DNA of 64,000 bases, taken from contig NGBS01000906.1 of NCBI GenBank assembly GCA_002245135.1, positions 1 through 64,000 on the forward strand, read 5' to 3'. Position numbers and translations under genes: made by a program. Below, piece by piece: positions 1 to 11,617 of this stretch (its first letter is position 1; each line of letters opens with the position of its first letter). A model generated the notes under the pieces. That model saw only the letters and a list, made by a program, of their open reading frames with translations, was not told the DNA's origin and ran no database searches. The stretch is from Proteromonas lacertae. Its lineage: Eukaryota.

Positions 1-366
1 ATTACTACGTTTATTAACGACCTACACAAACTCTGAACAAAACAATAGAAAAAATATAAACTTCGAGAGGAAAGAATCTTCTTGTAAGTGAGATAAAACA
101 CAATAATTGAAAACTGTTAATATCTAGGAGATAAAAATCATTTTTATATACTAAGTACATAGACCTATATTATTATTTTCTTTCTTGTTAATTTATCTTT
201 CTTTGGGTGTCTTTTGAAGCATTCTTCCAACAGAGGATCTGTATAATTGCATAAAAATACAATCTGTATATTATAATGGATATACACATACTAATAGTAT
301 TCCTGAAATTAACAACAGAAGTTGAACAGCTTTTGATCTGTAGACTATCATTTTACGGAAGTGCAT
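1..366 (-). CDS. 5' part of a spliced gene, probable type II membrane protein; runs off the window
   Basis: ATG at 366 reads MHFRKMIVYRSKAVQLLLLISGILL, then a GT-AG intron, then IVFLCNYTDP, giving a hydrophobic N-terminal anchor. The downstream frame is uncertain. Confidence 0.35.
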
Positions 367-537
367 TCATTGATAAATATATTATAATGCTGATTATGTT
401 TTTTCTTTGTCTTTAAAACAAAGAAAATGATGAAAAAAACTAATTCGGTCTTTCAGTTTTCGGATAAAACTAAAAAACTCATTTTAAACTATATACAACA
501 TACAAATATCGGGAAAAAACATTCTATTTAGATAGTA

Positions 538-1707
538 CTACCAATTAAAACTTTTAATTATCTCTAAAAATACTGGCAATAGAATACATTCATAACTATA
601 AATTTCACTCTCTATTTTCACAGGAGGTACAGTTGGTAAAAATCTTGTTATTGCATTAAATGCATCCTCTATGTACAAATATCCACCAGTTTTCTCTATC
701 ATGAAATCTAAATAATTGTTCTATTTGTGTTACTAAACCGTTGGGTATGTCTTTTCTGAACTATTTAATGATAACATTTGTAGTGGTTGTTGTAGTTGTG
801 GTTGGATAGTTTTGGGTTGATAAGAAGGTGAATTTATGTTTAATTTTGGTAATTGTATATCTTTAAGTATTACATTCTCCTTTTTAACTTCTTCACTTAC
901 TTTTATTTCTTCTTTTACTATTGGAGTTTCTGTATTAATATTTATAGTGGTTGTTGCTGTTGTTGTAATTGGATTTGATATTGAATTTGCTTCTACTTTC
1001 TCTTTTAGTGGTAAAGTTTCTTCTTCTTCTTCTTGTTGTTGTTGTATAATTGGCTGGTGTAATATTAATTTGTGTAGTTTGTTCTTTATTATTATCTTGT
1101 TGAGTAGAATTTAATAAATCTTGTACAGAAATACGATTGTATTCTGTCTTTTGTTCTTCATTACTAGCAGGAAGTTGTGAAGATGCGACTGAATTTAATA
1201 ATTCTTTAACAGATAGTCTTCTTGACTGAGAAGTTGGATTTGTTACTGTATTTTGTAGTACTTGCTGTTTTCGACGTATTTGAATCTATTGTAACCGATA
1301 TATTTTCATTATTGTTAATATTTTCATTGTTATTAGATGGTTTTGTATCAGTTTTAATTGGAGTAATTATTGGATTTGAGTCATTAACAGTTTTGGGGGT
1401 AGTATTTGTGTTATTTTGAGTAGTATCTTTATTTTCAATAGTGAGGAATTATTTGGGGGTGTAGTATTGGAATTAGAAGATTCTTGATGGATGAGGTATT
1501 TGAATGATTTAAACTGTGATTTGAATTGTCATGATAATAATTTTGATGATGATATGAATTATCATGGTAATGGTGGGGATGATACTTACTGGAGTAATAA
1601 CGGCCTCTTCCTCTGTAACTATTGTATCCATAATAATAATTGTTATGATAATAACCATCATCATAATCATAACTATCTTTGTAGTAGGAATTATAACTCT
1701 TTCTCAT
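538..1707 (-). CDS. Low-complexity hypothetical protein (Y/H/N-rich N-terminus, T/Q/E-rich middle), broken by frameshifts
   Basis: ORF 1435-1707 continues in shifted frames with similar composition. The last exon (NNYLDFMIEKTGG...SFNW*) ends at 538. Confidence 0.45.
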
Positions 1708-2142
1708 TGTATCTCTTTTATTTTCATAAATTTGTTGTTATTATTCACGTTTTGTTTTTGGAAAAAAGATGGAGAAGAAGGGGAGGAGAGGAAGGAAGTA
1801 TCAAATGAAATAGAATAATACAATCAAAATACACTGAAATACAAATTAATACAGTTCACAAAAATAAACACAAAAACAAGTAACAAATACTATATAAACT
1901 ACTGATTTCAAAGTATGAATAGTAAATGCATAAATTAGTCGAATAATATTTACATTCTCTTAACTAATAATGAATGATCATAAATTCAATTTATTTGTTA
2001 TACAAGATAATAAAAATCCTGCTACATGCTTTACAATTATCATATTCATCATATTTAAGCACCCATTTCACTATTTAAATTAAACAAAAACAATAACAAT
2101 AACAAAAAAACATCATAAATAGGTTATTATATTTTATAGTAT

Positions 2143-4957
2143 TTATAATCTCACACACAAGTCATTGTTAGGATGGTGATTTTGGATTTTCATACACATT
2201 TCTTCTGCTTCAACTATTTCATTTCCTCCTATATATAACTCACTCACTTTTAAACATTTCCATAAATTATCTACCAATAAATCAAATCCAATTATGTCAA
2301 TCTTATTTTCTATTTATTTCATATTATATATTTATTTATATATTTATATACTTCTAATTGACAGTATTTTCAATTCTCTTAAATTTTCACATTTGTTTAT
2401 AAAATAAGATATTCCAATACTGCTGATTTTATTATCTTTATATTATATTGTTATAGATTTATACAAGATAATGTTATTTCTTTCAATCTATTTACTTTTT
2501 CAAACATATCACAAAAATATTCAAATCCATCATCATCTATTTCATTTTCTATTTCATTTTATTATTATTATTATTATAAATACTACTTATATCAATTATT
2601 TCAACTGATTTTAAACAACTCATTTTGTATAACACATATTCTAATCCACTGTTTTTCATCAATAATTTGCCTATTTACAAATATTATTCATTTCATTTAT
2701 ACTATCATAAATATATAAATCATTTTCTTTTAATAACATTTCACTTGATAATCGATTATTTAACCAATTCTCAACTCTTTTATCTAGTTTATGATATATA
2801 TCAAAATAGATTTTATCTTCTTTCATTCGATTTATATAATTTCTATTTCCCATTTCTTCGATATTCTCATTTTCCAATATCATTTCTTCTATACATTTTC
2901 TTTCTTTTTCTTTCATTTCATTCTTTTCTAATTTATTTATCAACTCTTTTTTATCCATATTTAATAATTCTTTTAATATTCTATTCTTATTCACATTTAG
3001 ACCAGTATTTACACTACTATTTGGTATTTCAACAAAAACACTATTCTCTTCTATTCTCATCTTCAACATTTCATCAAGCGATAAACACTTCATTACTTTC
3101 ACACATTCAATCACATATTTCTTATCACTCTCTTTCAATTCACTAAGTTCGTATGACTTAATAGTTACATCTCCATTTACCTTCATTTCATCTAGATCCT
3201 ACAATTTATCTCAATAATAATATGATAATCGAGATTAATCTTCACAAGGATGAGAAAATAAACTAAATTCAAAATAGAATTTGGCTTGATCTATCAAACA
3301 TATTATTTTGATTTTTCTGTTTTTTTCTTCATAGATACACACTCATAAACAATTTTTTATTTTATCATTATTATTGATTCGTTGTACTACTATTTGAATT
3401 ATCACTATTCATTATTATATTATTCACATAACAAATATCTTTCAAAAATACTAAACCATCGATTGACATTTTGTTTAAGATTTCATTACTTTCTATCTTC
3501 AATCCATTATTCATCTCTTTCTCTCGCAAGATTATATTATTTATTATATCTTCAGGATTTAACTCTTTATTGTTATTATTATATGTGTTTTTCATTTCAT
3601 TTTGAATTCTTAATATCTCATTATTTATATCATTCTCTTCTTCACAAACAAACGATTTTAATGTATTAGGAATTTCTTTTACTTTATTACTTTCACTAAA
3701 GGCTTTTACATATTTCATTTTACGATTATTTGGATGATTTAAATATCGATGTTCATCTATTCATTATATTATTATTATTATCATCATATATACTTCGAAT
3801 TGATAATCGACCATTTATCATTTCATCATCACTATCAACATCTTTCTCTTCTTCACATTTATTCTCTAATCCATAAGCTAAATATCGCCACATATTATGA
3901 TAATCAATTGTTTCTAAATGTAAATCAAATTCTTTTTCACATTCAATTTTTACTTTATTAAAATCGATTTTCACACTTCTCTCATTTCTTATTAATCTGT
4001 AGATTGTATCGATTATATATTCGATTTCTTGCATTGTTAAATTATTACAATAAACTCTCTTCAATTGATTTAAACTTTCAAAATAATGTTTCTTATAAAA
4101 TAATTCAATTGCACAACCACTATTATATTATATTAATAAATATACAATGATTTTTCATATTGATTGATTTGTCTCTGAGATGTTTCGATTGAATATAATT
4201 CTTTTAAGAATTTATTTACTTCTTCATATTCATTTCGAATGGTTGGAGATAAAGAATTAAAACATTGTTCATATAACATTGTCATTCCATTTCGATTTCT
4301 TTTTTCACCATTTAATAGTTTCTTTATTTCTCCTTTATGTAACATCGAATATAAAGATAAACCACTTTTACAAGGATTTCCAACTAAACGATTATGACAC
4401 ATGTTTAATCGCTTTTGTAAACATGCTTCTGTCACTTTCGGCATTTTGTTTAACATTTCAATAGGAATTATACTATCCATTCTTCGATTAATTGTCATTT
4501 CTCTATTGTTATTGTTGTTTGATGTTGTTGTTGAACTAACAGTCTTCAAAGAAGAAGAGTTACAAAACGAAAATGATCCAGAAGTAAACGGTTTGGCCAT
4601 TAAATTAGTAAATGGTGCAGATATTTGATTAGAAGGAGGTAATAAGGAAGAAGAACTATTTACTGGATGTTGAACTGGTAAACCAAAGAATGGAGATGGA
4701 ACTGGATTGACTATTGGAGTTGGATTGGTTATAGGTGTTGGGGAAACAGAAGTGTGTGAAATCAAGGGAGTTGAGAGTGGGGACGATAAAAGGGATAAAT
4801 TGTCAGAATATGACATTGATACATTTGATGAGGAGTTTGTTGAAACTGGAGGTGTTGAATATAAAAGAGGATCAGCTACTATCGTCAAATCACAACTCAA
4901 TAATCGACCACATCTACTTCGACCAAATAATGGTAATCTGATTGTTTTATAGTTCAT
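2143..4957 (-). CDS. Multi-exon protein with S/P-rich N-terminus, a degenerate HMG-box-like segment and a C-terminal LRR-like region
   Basis: ORFs 4133-4957, 3753-4064, 3371-3718 and 2671-3186 are collinear. HMG-like: PCKSGLSLYSMLHKGEIKK...FNSLSPTIRNEYEE. LRR-like end: CENLRELKIL, ENKIDIIG, VSELYIGGNEI. Stop at 2143-2145. Confidence 0.5.
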
Positions 4958-5063
4958 GGATCTTTCAATAAATGGAATTAATTAATTCTATTTTGATCAA
5001 ATCATTTGTTTGATAAAACGAATCAAAATTTCAAAAATCGATAATTCAAAATTGAGAAGTCAA

Positions 5064-7475
5064 ATGACTGAATTGAACAGTTCTGCGAGATATCCAATGA
5101 TAATGGTATGATTTTGAGAATAAAAGTGAATAGAAAAGTGAAACTTTTGTTGTTAAGAGTAAGAAAGCTATAGTATGAAATCTAAAATAATGTGAATAGC
5201 CTTACAATAAATACATTTCATCATACAAATATAAACCAGTGAATAATATTTTATCTAAGAACAAAAACTATGATTTAGAAAGTATAATAAAGATCCAAAG
5301 TGTAATTCGAGGATGGCTAATTCGACACTGTCATATGGAATATAAAAGTGAAGAGAATGAAAAGAGTGATATTGAGAGTGAAAATCCTTCATTTCTTTCT
5401 TCCTTAAATCCTCCAATTGGAAGTATATGTAAAGAAATGGATGATGGTGATATATTGAACAACACAATATCAAATTTGTTGATAAACAATAGTGAAATAA
5501 TCCATAAAAAGATAAGTGAATTACTAAAAGAAATAAATGAATTAGAAAGTGAAATAATGAAAAAAGACAAAGAAATAATGAAATTGAAGAATGAAATATT
5601 GAATAATGAGAATGAAAAAGAGATGTTAAATAAAGAAATGGAAGATAAGAATAAACTAATAGAAAAAGAAAAGAATGATAAAATGAAATTAAAGAAAGAA
5701 ATCAAAGATAATGAAGAAATCAAAGAAGAAAATGAATTATTAAGAGTATAAATATAAATATAATAATAATAATATGATATATTGAATAGAAAGAGATAAT
5801 AAAATTTGAAAAAGAGTTGAAGAATAAAATGAAAGAGAATGAAGAAATGAGTACAGAGAATAATGAGATGAAAGAGTTAATAGGAAATAACAAAGAAAAT
5901 TTGAAAGAATTAGAGAATATAAAAGAAGAGAATGAGATATTGAGTGATAATTTAAACAGTTTAGAAAGTGAATATCGAATATTATTAAATGAGAATGAAA
6001 AACTGAAAGAAAAGAATAAGAAAAGTAAAATAATAATAAAAGAAATGAATGATAGTTTAAACAGTAAAATATTAGAATGTGAAGAATTGAGAATGAGAAA
6101 TGGAATAACAAAAAGTGATGAATATAAAGAGATGTTAAATGATATAAAAATGAAAGATGAAGAGATAAATGAGTTAAAAATGGAATTGATAAAAAGTGTG
6201 AAAGAAAAAGAAGAGATATTAAAAGAGAATGAAATAATGACAAAAACAAAATATAACAAAGAAATAAGTGAATATTCAAAGAGAATGAAAGAAATATGTA
6301 AAAATATGAAAGAAGAGAAAATGACTATAAAAGAAGAGATGAGAGGATTAAAAGAAGAAATAATGAAAGATATAACAATGATCTATGATTTAATACTAAA
6401 ACTATCATTACAAAAATCCATCAATTCAATAATCTCTTGTTCATCTTCTCCATCTCCATATTCAATAAATAAAACATCATTTTCATCACCTTCACTTCCT
6501 TTTCATTCATCTTTTGTTTCTCAATCACCTCCACCACCACCACCAATTCCATTATCTTTATCATTTGATGAAAGAATGAATGAATCAATATCAATAAACT
6601 TCAACAAAATGGAAGTGATATTATATTGTAAAGAAATGGAAATGAAAGATAGTAAATATCCATATTTAAGAATAAATGATAATAATGAAATCTATTATTA
6701 TAAAGACAATTCATCAATCAGAACTCCATTGGTATATTCAATAAACCACATAATAAGAAAAGGAAATAAAATATGTAATTCATTATTAGAAAGAGAGAAA
6801 ATGATGTTGAAAAGTGATAGAAATATTTGTTTTATATTTGTGAATAATGAAATGAATAATATAATAATGAATAATGAGATGAATCAATTTATCAATTATT
6901 CAATTCAAAATCTATTGAAGAAAGAAGAGAATGAAGAAATCTCAATAAGTAGTTTAATAATAATCAATAATGAGATATATGATATATTTAATCCATTAAA
7001 AGTGAATGATGAAAATGAGATGAATGAAATGAATGATGAATTATTATTATCCAAATTAACATTTATCTCGTTTAATACAATAGATGAAATGAAATTGTTA
7101 ATAGAAAGAATAAATGAAGAATATAAAGAAAATCGAGAAAGTAAATTAATAATAATAATCAAAAGTGAATCAAAAGAAGAAGAAGAGAAATATGAAATAT
7201 ATTATGATATAAACTTGAAAAGAAATAAGAATGAAAAAGAAATGAAAGAATTAGTGAAATATTTAAATAAATATAAGAATAATGATAATGAGATAAGAAG
7301 TAATAATTGTTTATCAGTGTTAATAGAAGAATTAAATCCATCAATAATAGTGAATGGAATATTGTGTTTAAAAGAAAAAGAGAGTGTAGAAAGAGTGTTA
7401 GAAATATGTCATTCACTATCATCAAGATGTGTAAGAAAGAATAATAGTAATAAAAATAAAAACAAAATAATATAA
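5064..7475 (+). CDS. IQ motif + coiled coil + degenerate C-terminal kinesin-like domain without a P-loop
   Basis: ATG at 5064 splices via two short introns in frame into ORF 5239. IQ motif IIKIQSVIRGWLIRH; long E/K coiled coil; kinesin-like remnants such as ISISSLIIINNEIYDIFNP. Confidence 0.65.
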
Positions 7476-7479
7476 ATAA

Positions 7480-7487
7480 TGTTTGTT
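7480..7487 (+). promoter_or_regulatory. TGTTTGTT 3'-end/polyadenylation motif (Blastocystis-type)
   Basis: Exact TGTTTGTT starts 4 nt after the TAA at 7473-7475. Confidence 0.65.
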
Positions 7488-7598
7488 GATGTTTAAAAAG
7501 AAAATAATGAAATTACCAAAATTGACAAAAATTGACATAAAATGACATGGCTTGATATTCAAACAAGCTGAAACGACTATAAACGTATTTGAAAAATT

Positions 7599-10500
7599 AT
7601 GATTAAAGATATCTTCATAATAAGCTTGTTATTAGGTGTAGTGATAAGTGTATGTCCTAACAACTGTAATGCGCATGGTCGTTGTATTGATGGAAGTTGT
7701 GTTTGTTTTGATTTAACAGGAGTTGGTGATGGAAAGAGTTACACAGGAAATGACTGTAGTTTATTAAAATGTCCAGAAGGAAATCCGTTATTTGCAAGTG
7801 GTAGTTCTTATTCTGTAAGTAGTGGAAGTGATTTTGGTTATTTTGTTAGAGAATTGTATGAAAACAATACAACAAGTAATAGAGCATTGATTGAATCAAC
7901 TATGGTGAAAGTTGAAAAAGTAGATGGTGATTCTGTTGGTTTATATAAAATTGAAGTAACTGATGATTTTTTCAAGCCATTACCAAAAATTGGAGGATTT
8001 ATTCAATGCAGTTATACCGAAAAAAGTAAAAGTGGTGAAGTGAGTGGTAAAGTTGAAGTAATTGGTTTAACTGATGATAAATCAACTGCTTATGTGATAT
8101 TTAATAATGCAATAGATATAACTAGACCAGTTACATGTAATAGAATATTATTAGCAAGAAAGTCAATGGTTTATTATGGTCCAAATCATAATATTGATAG
8201 TTCTCAAGTAGGAAGACAATTAGCTGCAGATGATCAAACAATAACATGGGCAAATTATGGTATAGTGTTAAAAGAATTAGGATTATTACAACCACCTACT
8301 CCAACACCTACAACAGCTCCAACAACAACAACAACACCATCAGAAGGAGGACCAGAAGGAGATACTGCAGAAAGAGGAAGAAGAAATCTAGAAGGAGAAA
8401 TTACTTATACAAATGACAAATTTAAGTTTGTTTGTTATACATCATCCAATTTATTAGAAGAATATTCAGCTACAGCAACATATACGGAAGGTAAAAATGA
8501 TTTGGTTTTTACATTAAGTGCACCAGCATCAGTAAGACGAACACTAACAGAATTGACTACTTCTTCATATTGTTATTGTTTAATGGATGGTAATTTTAAA
8601 CCAACAACTGTTGATAAAACTGAATTAGTGGAAATAACTAATCAAAATGGTGGAAATTATGAAATCGGTAAATATTTAAAAACTACCGATCCACAAGAGA
8701 AAGATGAGAATGGAAATGCAGTAATTACTCTTCCAGGTATTCCTACAATATCCACCAATACTGCAACAACATCAATAACTTCTGAATCTCCATTTATTTC
8801 TTCAGGTAGAGTTGTTTATATAGATGTATTGAAAGATGGAAAAGTAAGTGAGAAAGAAGTAAAAATAACTGGAGTAACTACATCTAGAATGATTCGTCAA
8901 TTAGATGCATCATTTACATTAACATTTTCAGAATCTGTTAGTGGTATTATATTACCATATATCAAAATGCATTCATCAAATCCAACAAAAGATACAAAAC
9001 CAAGTGGTAGTGTTGTGGAGGGTAATTTGTATAGAGTTTATAGTTTAGCTGATGTGATGATTTCTCAATTAAATAAAAATGTTGGTGGAAAATTACAATG
9101 TAGTTATGATAAAGCAGAAAATGATAAAGATGTTAGTATTGTAGTTGATGTTAAAGGATATGAAAAATCTGAAAAGAATCATGTTTATTACAGTTATATT
9201 CAATTTCCAGTTGAAATAACTGCTGATAATATTGCTACAGTTAAATGTAGTAAAATCATCTCAAAACGTAAAGATTTCACTTTATACAATCCATTGAAAT
9301 TAGATACAGCTCTAACAGATAATAAATTAACATGGACAGGATATGCAGAAATATTGAAAGATATAAAATTTGATGGTGTTAATTTTGCTTGTTATAATCC
9401 TAATGATAATGAAAAAAATGAAAATAAAGATTTAATTACTGTTTATGATAAAGTGACAGTAACAAAACCTGATCCAGATGCAAATGGTAAAGATGTTTCA
9501 TTTACATTTTCTACTTCTAAACCAGATGCTAAGGATATTTGTTATTTATCAGCTACAAGTGATGGTAATGCTATTACTGATTTAATGGAAAGTGATTTAA
9601 GTTCTTATATTAGAAAAGTAGATGGAAACTATTATTATGGTAAATATGAAAAACCAAAACCAGGTGAAGGTAAAATTGAAGTTGTACCAGATCCTGAAAC
9701 TTTAACTCCTGTGTTTATATTAGATAATTCTAATAATGTAATAACCACTAATACAATCAAAATTGATGAAAGTCAGTTACAAAGTGATGATTTAGAATAT
9801 TTCGAAGTTGGTAAAACCATTTACATTGAAGTAGTTGGTAAAGATAATATTCCTTATTTCCATAAAGCAACAATAATACAACCAAAAGAAAGAATATTAG
9901 CTACAGGTGATAAAACATTAAAGTTTTCTCCTGCAATACCAACAAATACTAAACCAACAGGAGTTATTTCAGTATCTCCAGTAAATGAAGTTATTACTTT
10001 AGCAGATATCGACAGTGAAAATAACTTGTACAAAGTTACAAATTTCTTTGATGAATTAATCTCAAAATTACCACAAAAATTTGGTGGTAAATTACAATGT
10101 AAGTATGTAGAAACAAAAGATGGTAAAGAAACTGAAGCAGTAGCTGGTTTTGCTGATGTAAAAGGATATAAAACGAATAGTGGTGGAGTTATTGTAGAAT
10201 CATATATCCAATTTGATCATCCAGTAGAAAATCAACCAGAAACTCCACCATCACCTGCTTTACCAGAATCTGTTTATTACATTGAAGATGTTGTTTGTAC
10301 TGATATTATCTCAGAAAGAAATGATATGTCATTATATAATCCAACAACAGTAAGTGGTGATAAAATAACATGGACAGGATATGAATCAATATTAACTGAA
10401 ATTGGATTAACAACATTTACAGATTCAATTTCATTTACTTGTTATAATCCAAATCAAACAAATAAAATGATGAAGAATTATAAAACATCTGCTTTATCAT

Positions 10501-11549
10501 CAAGTGGTAATGTTGTATTTACATTCCCAGATGAAACATCAAATGGTTTTATGTGTTATTTATTAGCTGATAAAGAAGGAAAACCAATTATAATTCAATC
10601 AAGTGAGTTATTTGAATATGTTAGTGAAAAAGATGGTAATTATTATTTTGGTCAATATTTTGATGATGATGTTAAAGTAAATGAAAACACAAAAGAAACA
10701 ATCCAAAATGATGATGGAAGTGTAACTCAAATATTAGGAAAAGGTTTATTTACAATTGAAAAAGAAGAAAATGATAATAGTAAAGATAAGATAAATATAG
10801 GAAAGTTGAATAATCCTGACTCTCCATCAATTGCTTATCCTCCATCTTTAATAAGTGATGGAATAAAGAAATTAATGGTTGCTGGAACAACAATGATGTT
10901 TATTCAAGGTGTTACAACTCAATCTACTCAAATATTGAAAGTGATAGTAAATGAAAAAGGTAAATTTGAATTATCTTTAAGTAAACCAATATCTTATGGA
11001 CGTAGAAGATTGTTAAGTAATACTCGATCATTACAACCATCATCTCCATTAACAATTAAGTTTTCAAAAGAAGGATCAGTTCATAAATCATTAGAATGTA
11101 GTGGTCAAGGAATATGTGATAGAAGTAGTGGATTATGTTCATGTTATGATGGATTTAGTGGAAGTGCTTGTCAAAGATTAGATTGTCCAAATAATTGTAA
11201 TGGAAATGGTCGATGTGTTGCTTTAAGTGAATTATTATCAAATGAAGATTTGAAAGATTATGATGGATATGGAAATAAAAGAACAATTAATGAAGGTAGT
11301 AAAAATGTTGTTGAATTTGATGATCAAATATTTGGTTGTTTATGTGATAAAAGACATCGTGGATATGATTGTAGTTTAATAGAATGTCCATCTGGTTTAG
11401 ATCCAGAAGAAGCAACAAATGGAACACCAGGAAGTGATGAATATCGAGATTGTAGTGGAAGAGGTATTTGTAATTACTCAACAGGTGTTTGTGAATGTTT
11501 TGATGGATTTAGTGGAGAAGGATGTCAAAATATGGTTCAAATGATGTAA
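7599..11549 (+). CDS. Secreted EGF/tenascin-repeat protein of the stramenopile mastigoneme (Sig1/Ocm1/Mas) type, with a large three-repeat insertion
   Basis: Signal peptide; N-terminal CPNNCNAHGRC...GNDCSLLKCPEG; C-terminal ECSGQGICDRSSGLCSCYDGFSGSACQRLDCPNNC...RDCSGRGICNYSTGVCECFDGFSGEGC. Intronless, 1316 aa. Confidence 0.8.
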   Translation: MIKDIFIISLLLGVVISVCPNNCNAHGRCIDGSCVCFDLTGVGDGKSYTGNDCSLLKCPEGNPLFASGSSYSVSSGSDFGYFVRELYENNTTSNRALIESTMVKVEKVDGDSVGLYKIEVTDDFFKPLPKIGGFIQCSYTEKSKSGEVSGKVEVIGLTDDKSTAYVIFNNAIDITRPVTCNRILLARKSMVYYGPNHNIDSSQVGRQLAADDQTITWANYGIVLKELGLLQPPTPTPTTAPTTTTTPSEGGPEGDTAERGRRNLEGEITYTNDKFKFVCYTSSNLLEEYSATATYTEGKNDLVFTLSAPASVRRTLTELTTSSYCYCLMDGNFKPTTVDKTELVEITNQNGGNYEIGKYLKTTDPQEKDENGNAVITLPGIPTISTNTATTSITSESPFISSGRVVYIDVLKDGKVSEKEVKITGVTTSRMIRQLDASFTLTFSESVSGIILPYIKMHSSNPTKDTKPSGSVVEGNLYRVYSLADVMISQLNKNVGGKLQCSYDKAENDKDVSIVVDVKGYEKSEKNHVYYSYIQFPVEITADNIATVKCSKIISKRKDFTLYNPLKLDTALTDNKLTWTGYAEILKDIKFDGVNFACYNPNDNEKNENKDLITVYDKVTVTKPDPDANGKDVSFTFSTSKPDAKDICYLSATSDGNAITDLMESDLSSYIRKVDGNYYYGKYEKPKPGEGKIEVVPDPETLTPVFILDNSNNVITTNTIKIDESQLQSDDLEYFEVGKTIYIEVVGKDNIPYFHKATIIQPKERILATGDKTLKFSPAIPTNTKPTGVISVSPVNEVITLADIDSENNLYKVTNFFDELISKLPQKFGGKLQCKYVETKDGKETEAVAGFADVKGYKTNSGGVIVESYIQFDHPVENQPETPPSPALPESVYYIEDVVCTDIISERNDMSLYNPTTVSGDKITWTGYESILTEIGLTTFTDSISFTCYNPNQTNKMMKNYKTSALSSSGNVVFTFPDETSNGFMCYLLADKEGKPIIIQSSELFEYVSEKDGNYYFGQYFDDDVKVNENTKETIQNDDGSVTQILGKGLFTIEKEENDNSKDKINIGKLNNPDSPSIAYPPSLISDGIKKLMVAGTTMMFIQGVTTQSTQILKVIVNEKGKFELSLSKPISYGRRRLLSNTRSLQPSSPLTIKFSKEGSVHKSLECSGQGICDRSSGLCSCYDGFSGSACQRLDCPNNCNGNGRCVALSELLSNEDLKDYDGYGNKRTINEGSKNVVEFDDQIFGCLCDKRHRGYDCSLIECPSGLDPEEATNGTPGSDEYRDCSGRGICNYSTGVCECFDGFSGEGCQNMVQMM

Positions 11550-11617
11550 TATTCTTTTCATTATTTTTATTATGTGTATTATTTAAAGAGAAAATAAAAA
11601 CTAATACAATCAAATAA

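Noticed and set aside
5255..7425. Minus-strand hydrophobic ORFs (F/S/I/L-rich) that look like membrane proteins; similar ones at 836-1818, 11793-13905 and 45872-48489
   Set aside because: Antisense shadows of E/K/N-rich coding sequence on the other strand.
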